From: Macrostomum lignano
Taxonomy: Eukaryota
NCBI GenBank assembly: GCA_002269645.1
Contig: NIVC01004586.1
Coordinates: forward strand, 1 to 41,312
DNA: 41,312 nt
Reading direction: 5' to 3'
Shown here one piece after another: positions 11,679 through 23,589 of the stretch. Position numbers and translations under genes: made by a program. Numbering within the stretch: position 1 is the stretch's first letter; each line of letters starts with the position of its first letter. The notes below the pieces were generated by a model. It did no database searches. It was not told the DNA's origin and saw only the letters and a list, made by a program, of their open reading frames with translations.

Positions 11679-12151
11679 TTCTACTCCTATCGGGAAACCA
11701 ACAACACAGCTGGGACGCTGTTACTAAGGAACCCCAAGCTGGCAGGATCAGCAGCGGACCAGCATCTGACCCAGCATCTTCGCCGAGAATGTTGCTCAAC
11801 CTGCTTGGAGCCGTTTCAAAACACCAACGAGCCACACCGTACGCTGCCCTGCGGACACGGATTTCATTTGCAATGCCTCAACAATTGGCTAGCTGCCAAT
11901 CAGACCTGTCCAATATGCAACACAATATTCTGGGCGAACCGCCACTTGAAGAAGACAATACAATGGAAACCATGACAACCACGGCTACGGCAACCACTGC
12001 GGTTGCGATAGAAACGGCTGTATCCGACGAAGTCTATTCGTCTAACTATAGCGTACTATGCGACGACGGGCCAACAAACATTTCTAGCAGCAAATTTCTG
12101 TCAAACATAACAACAGGAAAAACGAATCCGTCACGAGAGACAACGCTTTGA
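11679..12151 (+). CDS. ZNRF3/RNF43-like E3 ligase, exon 4 (RING-H2 and S/T-rich tail), apparent 1-nt deletion at 11919-11920
   Basis: Acceptor tttctttcttcag|TTC. The frame from 11679 gives CSTCLEPFQNTNEPHRTLPCGHGFHLQCLNNWLAANQTCPIC, a complete C3H2C3 RING-H2. HNILG follows in the -1 frame (ZNRF3 has CPHCRHNII). Stop at 12151, or at 11975 if unshifted. Confidence 0.88.
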
Positions 12152-14004
12152 TCATTGAGCAAGTTTTCTAGCATACTAACCTTGTATGCTCCAGTTTTTT
12201 CAAGACTTCATCGAATCAAAACTCAACCGTGATCGGTTCAATAGAACCATATGTTCAACATTGTAAATATGGCGTCAACTAATATTATTGTCATAAGATT
12301 TATTGATTAGTTATTTGCACGAACTATAACGGGTGGCCCAAGCACAGGGTTACACTTTAACTACCACTACCAATACCTGAAAGATATTTTACCTTAGCGC
12401 AGGGACGAAGTCCTCCCAACCACAACAATTTTTGTTTTCTATAAAGTAGACTTAAGAAATTGTGGGGGCGGTTGATAGAGTTTTGGCCATAGACAGCTGG
12501 TTGCATCAACTACTTTGGTGCTTTCCCTGCCGCTCAATTAGCAGGTGTTAATGCGTCAGTGGCTATTATTTAACGGGAACGGGACAAGCAGGCTAATGTA
12601 CAATTCAAGCCAGTGCGAAACCAGAGTTATACAAGTTTATCAATTCAAACATACTAAAGAAATCAATGGAATGTTATAATCTGGCTTTGAGTGTTTTTTC
12701 ATTTTAATTATATAAGCACATCATTACAAACGCGATATTCTATTAAAATCGATCTATTTAAATTGTCCTATCACCTTCGTTCTTAATGCTGATAACTACG
12801 GCAAATTGTAAATATGACTCTCCCATAGTTGAAATCATCTATTCTATAATTTTGTTCTACAACATGCTTATTCCAGGACGTGTATTGAAGAATAAATTAA
12901 TGCATGCCTATACTACTTAAACATTAAGGGCTCTATCGATTCAAGATTTACCTTAATTTCTAAGCACACTTAGCTCAACTTTTAAGAAAAACAATGAAAA
13001 ATGAAGTAGTCAAGAATAGCGACAAGTGAAAAAGATGTCATCAAAAAATGAAATAATCTTTGCTCGCATTTCAAACAGCTGAGATCTTTTTTTATACAAT
13101 TTCCATTTTTTAATAAAAATTCAACAAAGTCAAACAATCAGCATGCAAAGGGTGACAGTTATACTTGGTATACTGGAGATGGCCCTTAAAACCGAATAAA
13201 AACCAAACCAAACCCGCAAACACAGAACACAAAAGACAACAAATTTATTGAGTAAAAAGGCCAACACAAAATACGATTGGTGTCTGGAAAGTCCGCACAC
13301 CTCTCGTAAAATTCTAAGAAACACATATATTAATCTAAGCCAAACACGTGAAAACGCGCCGTACTGATCAACAATAAACAACAAAATTGTTTATTACAAG
13401 AAAGTGAGAGCTTCAACCATATTAAAACAAAGTTCAACGAATGAAATGTAACGAATACGCAATATACAATAAATAGATAGAATGTTTCGGTTTTACAAGC
13501 CAATAATGTTGAATAAATACACACGAATAGAACACAGAAATGCTTAGTAAAAGAAATACATTTTATTTGTGCTGGTAGCGCTCCACCCAAATCTGTCAGC
13601 TCCAGACGGATCTAAAAATGACAAAGTAATAAAAGAAAAAAAGAAAAAGAAAAAAAGCACTTTCAGCCTACTGTCAGTAAAACAAAGAATTGTTCCGTTT
13701 AACTGTTTTTAAAAAGCTGCTAATGAAATAGCTTTAGATAAGGTTTTTTAACTGAAAACTAAAGGATTTGAAGGATTCTGAATTAAAGTAAAGACAAAAG
13801 GGCAAGGAATTGCGAAAGAATTAGTAGTCACACTATAATTCTATAATTTTGAACGAAATTAAAAAAGAGGGGTTTAGAGAAATGAGAACGAGGAAGAGAG
13901 GTGTCCTTGACAGCGCGACCGGCGATTAAATGGAGCAAACAAAAAAGCCAATGAATGAGGAAAAGAAGCACAGCAATGCAGCTGAGGTGCCGAAAGGACA
14001 CATA

Positions 14005-15195
14005 AGATACAGTGAGACACACATGAGATACAGGTGACACACACGAGATACAGGTGACACACACAGGAGATACAGGTGACACACACGAGATACAGGTGAC
14101 ACACACACAGGAGATACAGGTGATACACACACAGGAGATACAGGTGACACACACGAGATACAGGTGACACACACACAGGAGATACAGGTGATACACACAC
14201 AGGAGATACAGATGACACACACACAGGAGATACAGGTGACACACACACAGGAGATACAGGTGATACACACACAGGAGATACAGGTGACACACACAGGAGA
14301 TACAGGTGACACACACACAGGAGATACAGGTGATACACACGAGATACAGGTGACACACACACAGGAGATACAGGTGATACACACACAGGAGATACAGGTG
14401 ACACACACACAGGAGATACAGGTGACACACACACAGGAGATACAGGTGACACACACACAGGAGATACAGGTGACACACACACAGGAGATACAGGTGATAC
14501 ACACACAGGAGATACAGGTGACACACACAGGAGATACAGGTGACACACACACAGGAGATACAGGTGATACACACACAGGAGATACAGGTGACACACACAG
14601 GAGATACAGGTGACACACACACAGGAGATACAGGTGATACACACACAGGAGATACAGGTGACACACACACAGGAGATACAGGTGACACACACACAGGAGA
14701 TACAGGTGATACACACACAGGAGATACAGGTGACACACACACAGGAGATACAGGTGACACACACACAGGAGATACAGGTGACACACACACAGGAGATACA
14801 GGTGATACACACACAGGAGATACAGGTGACACACACAGGAGATACAGGTGACACACACACAGGAGATACAGGTGATACACACACAGGAGATATAATGACA
14901 CACACAGGACACACACAGACACACACAGGAGATATAATGACACACACAGGAGATACAGGTGACACACACACAGGAGATACAGGTGACACACACACAGGAG
15001 ATACAGGTGATACACACACAGGAGATATAATGACACACACAGGACACACACAGACACACACAGGAGATATAATGACACACACAGGAGATACAGGTGACAC
15101 ACACACAGGAGATACACACAGGAGATACAGGTGACACACACACAGGAGATACAGGTGACACACACAAGAGATACAGCTGTGACACAGGTGACACA
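14005..15195. repeat. 18-22-bp minisatellite (ACACACAC)AGGAGATACAGGTG with variable CA tract
   Basis: Visible tandem units. ORFs 13828-15249 and 14164-15325 are repeat translations. Confidence 0.96.
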
Positions 15196-15829
15196 CAGGA
15201 CAGGAGGGACTTTTTGTATTTTAACAAAATCTATAACAAAAATTGACAAAACTGATCAGAAAAAGATACGAAGGGAACGGGAACTCAGTTATCGCGACCT
15301 GAGCAATGAAATGCTAAATCTGTAGTCAGAAAATACTGGTACTAACCCAAAGGGAGCAGTGTGTTTTTTCAATTCTAGAATTGATTTCAACCAAAAATAA
15401 CACGCATTTGAGCCTAGATTTTGGATAGAACTATCCATTTAGTAGCTTAACTATGAAATACTAGATAAATATTATTATTTATAGAATATAGGCAGAAACG
15501 AGTGCCAGGAAACGACTAGATCAGCAGTTTCGCTATAAGGAGACAGTCATTGCCGCACATGCATGGAAGGATTCGTGGCTCTACTTATAAGATATCTCTG
15601 CGCTCTGTGCTTGGGAGATCCGCTTTGAAGTTATTACTTCCATTGCCTGCATCTAACTGCACAAGCCTGCATGTATATACGAAAATACAAAGGCATAGTT
15701 ATATTTTTCTGCTAGGGAGGGGGTACATAGCAATGTGAAGCTTTGATTGCAATGCAGGGTTGCTATATAGCAATGCGTAACAAATTAGGGATAAACAAGC
15801 TCTTGAGAAAATACTGAGGCAGATAAGCA

Positions 15830-15958
15830 GGACAGACAGACAAACAGCAGACAGACAGGAAGGCAGGCAGACAGACAGACAGACAGACAGAGACAGACAC
15901 TAAGACAGACAGACAGACAGACAGGAAGACAGACAGACAGACAGACAGACAGGAAGGC

Positions 15959-16001
<43 letters not shown>

Positions 16002-16005
16002 AGGC

Positions 16006-16050
<45 letters not shown>

Positions 16051-16125
16051 CAGACAGACACACAGACAGACAGACAGACAGACAGACACAGACAGACACA
16101 CAGACAGACAGGAAGGCAGACAGAC
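15830..16125. repeat. (GACA)n microsatellite interrupted by GGAAGGCA
   Basis: Direct. Confidence 0.96.
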
Positions 16126-16364
16126 TATAACACAGAACAAGCCAGTGAGCAAGCCTACCTAGGTGTACCTGACCGCATTTCCACTGGAGAGCCTGCTGCC
16201 AATAACCAAGTCATTGCCGGCATCGAAGTCAACGCTCCAGCACTCTCCATTAGTTATGGCGGTAGCAGCGTCGGAGCCTGTGGCCGAGATAGCTACAGTG
16301 GCGGCGGCAGGGCCAGCAGTAGAGACGACGGACAGCTGAGTTTGTCGCCAAGCACCGGTAAGAG

Positions 16365-17863
16365 TCAAGGTCTGGTGGACAGCGGCACAATGGGCCTCGG
16401 GGGCGGCCTAGCGGCCAATTGCCGGTCACTGTTGCATTGGACACCGCTAGCGGCATTGCCAACAGCGGCCTCGCTAACTACCCCGTTTAACTCTGTGTCC
16501 AAATATTCCAAGCACTCTAATCTAGTATCGTCTATTCGCCTGATATTGTTGAGGCGATTAGTTGCCATGGCAACCATAGCTTCGGCGGCCTCGGCTTCGG
16601 CTCGGCGACGCTTATCAACGCATGAAGGCAAACTTTGAGAAGCTTCAATGTCGGAATGACTACGTTTTCTGCTGCTACTAGAAGCAACGGTGCTAGACTG
16701 TTGCTGCGATTCCTGATGACACTGGAAATCCACAGCGCTGTTATAAGCTGCCTGCAAAGCTCTAGCCAGCTGTTGATAGGCATTAGCCAACGGCTCCGGG
16801 ACAGTGAATTTCCTATCCGACATTGTCGTGTCAAAGACATCGAAATTGTCAATAACTGGACTTGCGGAGCAATCGCAGGAATTCAAATAACTTTCAGCTA
16901 TCACTGGCGGATCTAAAGTCCTTGTTTCTTGATCGGAGGAGTCTTTGTTAAGATCGTCAATAGTTAACACGTCAACAACTTCGAGACAGTCAAAGTCTAG
17001 ACTATCTGCATCGCTATTATTGTCGTCAGAATGCTTGTCTGACTGTTCAGCAATCTGTTGAAGCTGCTGATGCTGTTGCTGATGCGGATGCAGCTCAGAC
17101 AATGATGAGGTCGCAGGAGTAGCCGGTCCAAAATGCTGACTACTAATAGTAGGATTAGACATCGGATTATCCGAGCTAGACAATAAACTTAATGGAGCTT
17201 CGCCCAGGTCGTCGCCATTCGGCAGGTCGGCCGCACCGCTGGAAAAGTCCGAGCCCTGATCGAATTTAAACAGCGAATCAGCCGCAGCGGCAGCCGCCTC
17301 GGTGCCAACCTCCGAGCTGGCATCCGCCGTTAACAGATAATCTTCTATCGACAATTCTTCCCTAACACCGCCATCGCCTTCGTCTTCGCTAATAGGCTCA
17401 AATACCGGAGTCTGCAATGCGGAGCTTCTTTCCTCATCAATTTTATTGACCTCCCTCTCTACCCTAGCTTCTTGCCGATGGTGATTGTTAACCGTGGACG
17501 CCTGCTGCGAATGACTGGCATGACAGAAGCCGTAGAACAGGCTTGGGTACAGGCTGTCATAATGAGTTACAGCATCAGCATCCGCCTGACCTGGCGATGA
17601 CAACAGCTGGCCCAGATCCACACTGAGCGCATCGCCAAGAAGGTCTGGTGAGTATAAAGTTGGCGGCTGTGACAGTAACTGTTGCTGCTGCTGTTGTTGT
17701 GTCTGCTGCTGATGCTCCTGAGATGAAAATTCCATACCGTCAAAGTAGCGAGCCAACGCTAATCTAACGTAATCGCGCATTACGCCTACCCGATGCGGGG
17801 AGCTGCGCACCGGACAGCTGCGGGCCCAGCGGCGACTGCGGCGCCAAAGAGCTCCAACTGCTT
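16365..17863 (-). CDS. Large exon of a putative nuclear/transcription factor: end of the NRF1-like domain, acidic and poly-Q low-complexity region, basic NLS-like motifs; may extend to 16159 via a frameshift
   Basis: Acceptor ttccccttatcccacag| at 17864, phase 1. Open for about 500 codons: (E)AVGALWRRSRRWARSCPVRSSPHRVGVMRDYVRLALARYFD..., poly-Q, RKRSHS, KRRR. Confidence 0.8.
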
Positions 17864-17884
17864 CTGTGGGATAAGGGGAAGGGG

Positions 17885-18295
17885 ATGGGTTATGGGGTCA
17901 GATAGGGGGTCAGATGGAGTCATATAAGAGGGGGTCAGATAAGGGTCAGATGGAGTCATATAAGAGGGGGTCAGATATAACAGGGGGTCAGATAGGGGGT
18001 TAGATGGAGTCATATAAGAGGGGGTCAGATAGGGGTCATGTAGGGGGTCAGATAGGGGTCATGTAGGGGGGGGGTCAGATAGGGGTCATGTAGGGGGGTC
18101 AGATAGGGTCATGTAGGGGGTCATGTAGGGGGATCAGATAGGGTCATGTAGGGGGGTCAGATAGGGGGTCATGTAGGGGGTCAGATAGGGGTCATGTAGG
18201 GGGGTCAGATAGGGGTCATGTAGGGGGGTCAGATAGGGTCATGTAGGGGGGTCAGATAGGGGGTCATGTAGGGGGTCAGATAGGGGTCATGTATT
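17885..18295. repeat. G-rich minisatellite (GGGGTCATGTAGGGGGGTCAGATA, about 23-25 bp; 34-bp variant at the left), followed by GGATTAGGG-type degenerate repeats to about 18400
   Basis: Direct; two G4-6 runs per unit. Confidence 0.93.
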
Positions 18296-18734
18296 AGGGT
18301 GAGGTGGATTAATGTGAGATGGATTAGGGGGGAGAGATTAGAGCATGGATGGATTAGGGTGGGGTGGATCAAGGTGGGATGGATTAGGGTAAAGAGGATT
18401 CGAATAAGGTTGTGAATGTATATTTCTAATTTGCAGCCGCAACAATAAAATAGCTAAAAAATGACTTGAAATTCTTAGTTTGGCTAAAACCCACAATACC
18501 TACTAATCTATATCTAGTTGCTTTATTTCAAATCTATTTTAGAGCTTAAGTATTATTTAAATTAAAACAAAAACAACACGCTACGACACGACACGTATAC
18601 CTGGTTTCTAGGGCACAGGGGAACAGTAACCTAAATACGAGTACAACAGATAAAGAGACACGCAAGACAGAAAAATATAAAGAATGAATAAAGCAATTAA
18701 AGTATATAGACAAAAATAAGCTAGAGTGAGTCAC

Positions 18735-19730
18735 TGGCCTACACACTGGACAGGAGTGACACACAGGGTGAAGCACTGGACAGGAGTGACACACAGGGTG
18801 AAGCACTGGACAGGAGTGACACACAGGGTAAAAGCACTGGACAGGAGTGACACACAGGGTGAAGCACTGGACAGGAGTGACACACAGGGTGAAGCACTGG
18901 ACAGGAGTGACACACAGGGTGAAGCACTGGACAGGAGTGACACACAGGGTAAGCACTGACAGGAGTGACACACAGGGTGAAGCACTGGACAGGAGTGACA
19001 CACAGGGTGAAGCACTGGACAGGAGTGACACACAGGGTGAAAGCACTGGACAGGAGTGACACACAGGGTAAAATCACTGATCAGGAGTGACCCACAGGGT
19101 AAAATCACTGACAGGAGTGACACACAGGGTGAAAGCACTGGACAGGAGTGACACACAGGGTAAAAGCACTGGACAGGAGTGACACACAATGTGAAAGCAC
19201 TGGACAGGAGTGACACACAGGGTGAAAGCACTGGACAGGAGTGACCCACAGGGTGAAAGCACTGGACAGGAGTGACACACAGGGTAAAAGCACTGGACAG
19301 GAGTGACACACAGTGTGAAAGCACTGGACAGGAGTGACACACAGGGTGAAAGCACTGGACAGGAGTGACCCACAGGGTGAAAGCACTGGACAGGAGTGAC
19401 ACACAGGGTAAAATCACTGATCAGGAGTGACCCACAGGGTAAAATCACTGATCAGGAGTGACCCACAGGGTGAAAGCACTGGACAGGAGTGACCCACAGG
19501 GTGAAATCACTGATCAGGAGTGACCCACAGGGTAAAATCACTGATCAGGAGTGACCCACAGGGTGAAAGCACTGGACAGGAGTGACCCACAGGGTAAAAT
19601 CACTGATCAGGAGTGACCCACAGGGTAAAATCACTAGACAGGAGTGACTCACAGTGTAAAAATACTGAATAGGAGTGACGAGTGACTCACAGGGGAAAAC
19701 CACTGCTCAGGAGTGACCCACAGGGTAAGA
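18735..19730. repeat. 30-31-bp minisatellite (CACACAGGGTGAAGCACTGGACAGGAGTGA)
   Basis: Period 30 at 18758/18788, with 31-bp variants to the right. ORFs 18546-19448 are repeat translations. Confidence 0.96.
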
Positions 19731-20384
19731 GCACAGGATACCTTTCATAACCTCTGTATGTTTATTCAGAAAAAAACCGACCAAAGGATAAAACTAAAAG
19801 TGCGGTGCTCTTAATAAAATACTTGCACATGTAGAATACAGATTGCAAGGTGCAAAGCTTTGCTAACTACTTGTGCACATAATAACGTTATGTAATACAT
19901 CTGCATGCTAGTATGCTGTCATATCATTGCAAAAAATGTTCTGCAATAAATTACAACACTTATCATGTAGGTACAACGTAATAATATAATAATAATAACT
20001 GCTTACTGCCAAAGGTTTAGAATCCAAATATGAGTCTGCAGTGCTGGAATATAATATTCAACTTATATTACATTACTTTTAATATATGGAGAATATTTAT
20101 AGGTACACACATAGGTACACACAGGGGTAACAAGTGTACTAGTAATTAAACAATGCATTTTATCATACACTTTTTTGTGTGTTTATCCAGATCCGCCATC
20201 TACTTTCTCCGGTTCTATGATGCCTACCTAATTATTTCTTGCTAGCTATTCAGCTAGCTAACAGGCGCGCGTGTAACTAAGCCAAATAGTGCAATATCAA
20301 GTAAATAGACGATACCTACTGACTGAATGGCATTAGTTAAGGGGCAGGGGCGTGATACAGACCTGACTGACTGGAGATTATACT

Positions 20385-20945
20385 CAGCTAAGAGACTAGA
20401 TTTTAAACAGCTATGAGACTAAACTATTGTTAGCTATGAGACTAGATAATCAGCGATGAGACTAGATTATAATCAACTATGATACTAGACTATAATCAGC
20501 TATGAGACTAGATTATAATCAGCTATGAGACTAGATTATAATCAGCTATGAGACTAGATTATAATCAGCTATGAGACTAGATTATAAACAGCTATGAGAC
20601 TAGATTATAATCAGCTATGAGACTAGATTATAATCAGCTATGAGACTAGATTATAAACAGCTATGAGACTAGATTATAATCAGCTATGAGACTAGATTTT
20701 AAACAGCTATGAGACTAGATTATAATCAGCTGAGACTAGATTATAAACAGCTATGAGGCTAGATTATAATCAACTATGAGACTAGATTATAAACAGCTAT
20801 GAGACTAGATTATAATCAGCTATGAGACTAGATTATAAACAGCTATGAGACTAGATTACAATCAGCTATGAGGCTAGATTATAATCAACTATGAGACTAG
20901 ATTACAATCAGCTATGAGGCTAGATTATAATCAACTATGAGACTA
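20385..20945. repeat. 23-bp minisatellite (CTAGATTATAATCAGCTATGAGA)
   Basis: CTAG at 20462, 20485 and 20508 gives period 23. Confidence 0.95.
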
Positions 20946-21024
20946 GATCACCGTCTTTTATTACGGTTAGGACAGCAAAACAGTTTTAGTAATACTACTG
21001 AAATTACTGTAAAATCTTACTCAC

Positions 21025-21218
21025 CTTTACACCTAGCCTCGGCGTTCCAATATCCCAACACCAGATCCGTCAGGCTCTCCAAATGCTGAATGTTTTGTGA
21101 TCAAACGTAGCAATGGTCACTTTATTACCGTTAAGGCCGGAGAATATTTGCTGCTTAGCCATTGGATACCGCAACCGGCTGAGACTGCCAACGCGATACA
21201 CACCAGAGCTGGGAGAGG
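21025..21218 (-). CDS. Internal exon of the NRF1-like gene, apparent 1-nt deletion (TTTT at 21093-21096 on the plus strand)
   Basis: Acceptor cccaatccacag| and donor AAAG|GTGAGT; 194 nt where phase 1-1 needs 195. PSPSSGVYRVGSLSRLRYPMAKQQIFSGLNGNKVTIATFDHK, then in the -1 frame NIQHLESLTDLVLGYWNAEARCK. Confidence 0.68.
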
Positions 21219-21399
21219 CTGTGGATTGGGTTTTTGGGGAGAGGAGGATAAAGGATCAATGTTCATTACAATGTTTATACGAAATTCAAGGTGACGGGAA
21301 GTACAATATATGAAAGCTGGTTATAAAACGGCGAATGAGTAGTTTTAATAAATACAAATAGATGATGAACAGGTGTGGGACTAAATATAGCAGGGATTA

Positions 21400-21760
21400 G
21401 ACTAGATTAGGCAAGTATGAGCCTAGGTTACAACGGATACAAGACTGGATAATAAAGGATGTCACTTGAATATTAGGGGTATGAGACTAGATTATAATGG
21501 ATAATACTAGATTACAATAGATATAAGACTAACTAGATTACAATGGATATTGTAATAGATTATACTGATTATAATAGGTTATACTAGATTACAAGGGATA
21601 TGAGACAAGATTATAATAGGTACGAGACTAGATTATAATAAATTTGAGACTAGATTATAATAGATGAGACTAGATTACAATGGATATGAGAATAGATTAT
21701 AATGGATATGAGACGAGATTACGATGGATATGACACTAGATTACAACGAATATGAGAATA
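21400..21760. repeat. Degenerate about 23-bp minisatellite (ACTAGATTATAATGGATATGAG), related to the 20385-20945 array
   Basis: Shares ACTAGATTA(T/C)AAT and ATGAG. Confidence 0.8.
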
Positions 21761-21784
21761 GATGATAAGAAAATCAAAGCTCAC

Positions 21785-21991
21785 GCTTAAATTTCGTCAG
21801 ACACAGTCTCCATTCTCTAGTCAAATTTGTTCTCAATTCAAGCGCCACAGAGCACAGGTCTTTCACTTGACAGCCGCGCAGGGTCCTGTTGTTAATGGCG
21901 ACGGCAGTGGACTCGGACACGAGGCGATGAAAATAACGCGCCTTCTTGGAGATACGAGGCGACTGCCGGCAAGGCTGGTCGATCAGCTGAT
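21785..21991 (-). CDS. Internal exon of the NRF1-like gene
   Basis: Acceptor catctccag| and donor AAGC|GTGAGC; 207 nt, phase 1-1, fully open: QLIDQPCRQSPRISKKARYFHRLVSESTAVAINNRTLRGCQVKDLCSVALELRTNLTREWRLCLTKFK. Confidence 0.75.
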
Positions 21992-22234
21992 CTGGAGATG
22001 TTCATGATTTTGAAGGATAGATTAATAATCTCAAATCAAATTATTGCAATACATTGTCGCCCTTGGGATTCAGGCGCCAAATCTCCCACTTCTGAGAGCC
22101 AGGTATACAGTACGAAATTCCTCTTTTGGGAACTTTGGCATCAAAGATTTTGGCATAAAAATCTCACTTATTTAATAATCAGGCATAAAAATCTAACCAC
22201 TTACAGAATCTAACCATTTGATGATTGCGGCATG

Positions 22235-23090
22235 AAAATCTCAAATCTGTGAGTTTCAGGTATCAAAATATCACCACTGCGAGATTCAGGTATCATAGTC
22301 TCACCTCTGCGAGATTCAGGTATCAAAGTCTCACCTCTTCGAGATTCAGGTATCAAAGTCTCACCTCTGCGAGACTCAGGTATCAAAGTCTCACCTCTGC
22401 GAGATTCAGGTATCAAAGTCTCACCTCTGCGAGACTCAGGTATCATAGTCTCACCTCTGCGAGATTCAGGTATCAAAATCTCACTTCTGCGAGACTCATG
22501 TATCAAAGTCTCACCTCTGCGAGACTCAGGTATCATAGTCTCACCTCTGCGAGATTCAGGTATCAAAGTCTCACCTCTGCCAGACTCAGGTATCATAGTC
22601 TCACCTCTGCGAGATTCAGGTATCAAAATCTCACTTCTGCGAGATTCAGGTATCGAAATCTCACCACTGCGAGACTCAGGTATCAAAGTCTCACCTCTGC
22701 GAGATTCAGGTATCGAAATCTCACCACTGCGAGACTCAGGTATCAAAGTCTCACCTCTGCGAGATTCAGGTATCAAAATCTCACCTCTTCGAGATTCAGG
22801 TATCAAAGTCTCACTTCTGTGAGACTCAGGTAACAAAGTCTCACTTCTGCGAGATTCAGGTATCAAAGTCTCACCTCTGCGAGATTCAGGTATCAAAGTC
22901 TCACCTCTGCGAGATTCAGGTATCGAAATCTCAGCACTGCGAGATTCAGGTATCGAAATCTCACTTCTGCGACATTTAGACATCAAAATCTTACCCTTCA
23001 AAGATTTGGGGATCAAAATCTCACCCCTTAGAGATTTGGGTAGTAAATTCTTACCCCTTATATATTCTGGTATCAAAATCTTAACCCATT
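22235..23090. repeat. 30-bp minisatellite (GAGATTCAGGTATCAAAGTCTCACCTCTGC), degenerating at both ends
   Basis: Direct. ORFs 22210..23076 and 22225..22833 are 10-aa repeat translations. Confidence 0.95.
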
Positions 23091-23589
23091 ATTGAGACTC
23101 AGTGTTTAAAATTTTACCAATTTGAAATTCCATCATTAAAATATTCACCCCGTTCACACTAATCATCAAAATCTCCCACCACCCATTTTAAGAATCGATT
23201 TTCAAAATCTCATTTTTCGAGATTTAAGCACATTTTGAGATATAATCATGGATCGAATGGCTTTAAATGAAGGGTGTGGCAGTTCTATCACAGTACCCCA
23301 TAAAGGGGGAAGCCAAAGTAAGTCAAGAGATTTATCCTCTACTCCTTTGGCATCAACATATTCGAATAGATGATGAAGCATAACCATGATTCAGTGTCTT
23401 AAAAATCGGGTCAACCTGTCTGAAACTTGAAGTATTCTTGCACCGTAAAAGTGCACACAGAAAAACGCCATAAATTTGATTCGATCATTTATTTATACAG
23501 TTGCTATTTATGATAAGGCTTGACCATACGGTTTCACACACACACTGAGCAGAAAAAAATAAAACAACCAACGATTCAGCCACCTTTAA

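Noticed and set aside
13828-16152. Cys-rich ORFs of 430-470 aa, TQEIQV/TGDT ORFs and VCLS ORFs
   Set aside because: Translations of the CA-minisatellite and (GACA)n.
18546-19448. Multiple overlapping ORFs
   Set aside because: Translations of the 30-bp array.
1740-21100. Programmed ribosomal frameshifting as a shared mechanism for the broken genes
   Set aside because: Shifts go in both directions, there is no common slippery heptamer or stimulatory structure, and homopolymer indel error is far more parsimonious.
22210-23076. ESRRGETLIP repeat protein (288 aa)
   Set aside because: A 30-bp intronic minisatellite open on both strands, with no splice support or unique flanking coding sequence.
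23202-23387. 61-aa ORF as an extra exon
   Set aside because: No convincing acceptor/donor pair, and exons 24363 and 21991 already join in phase.
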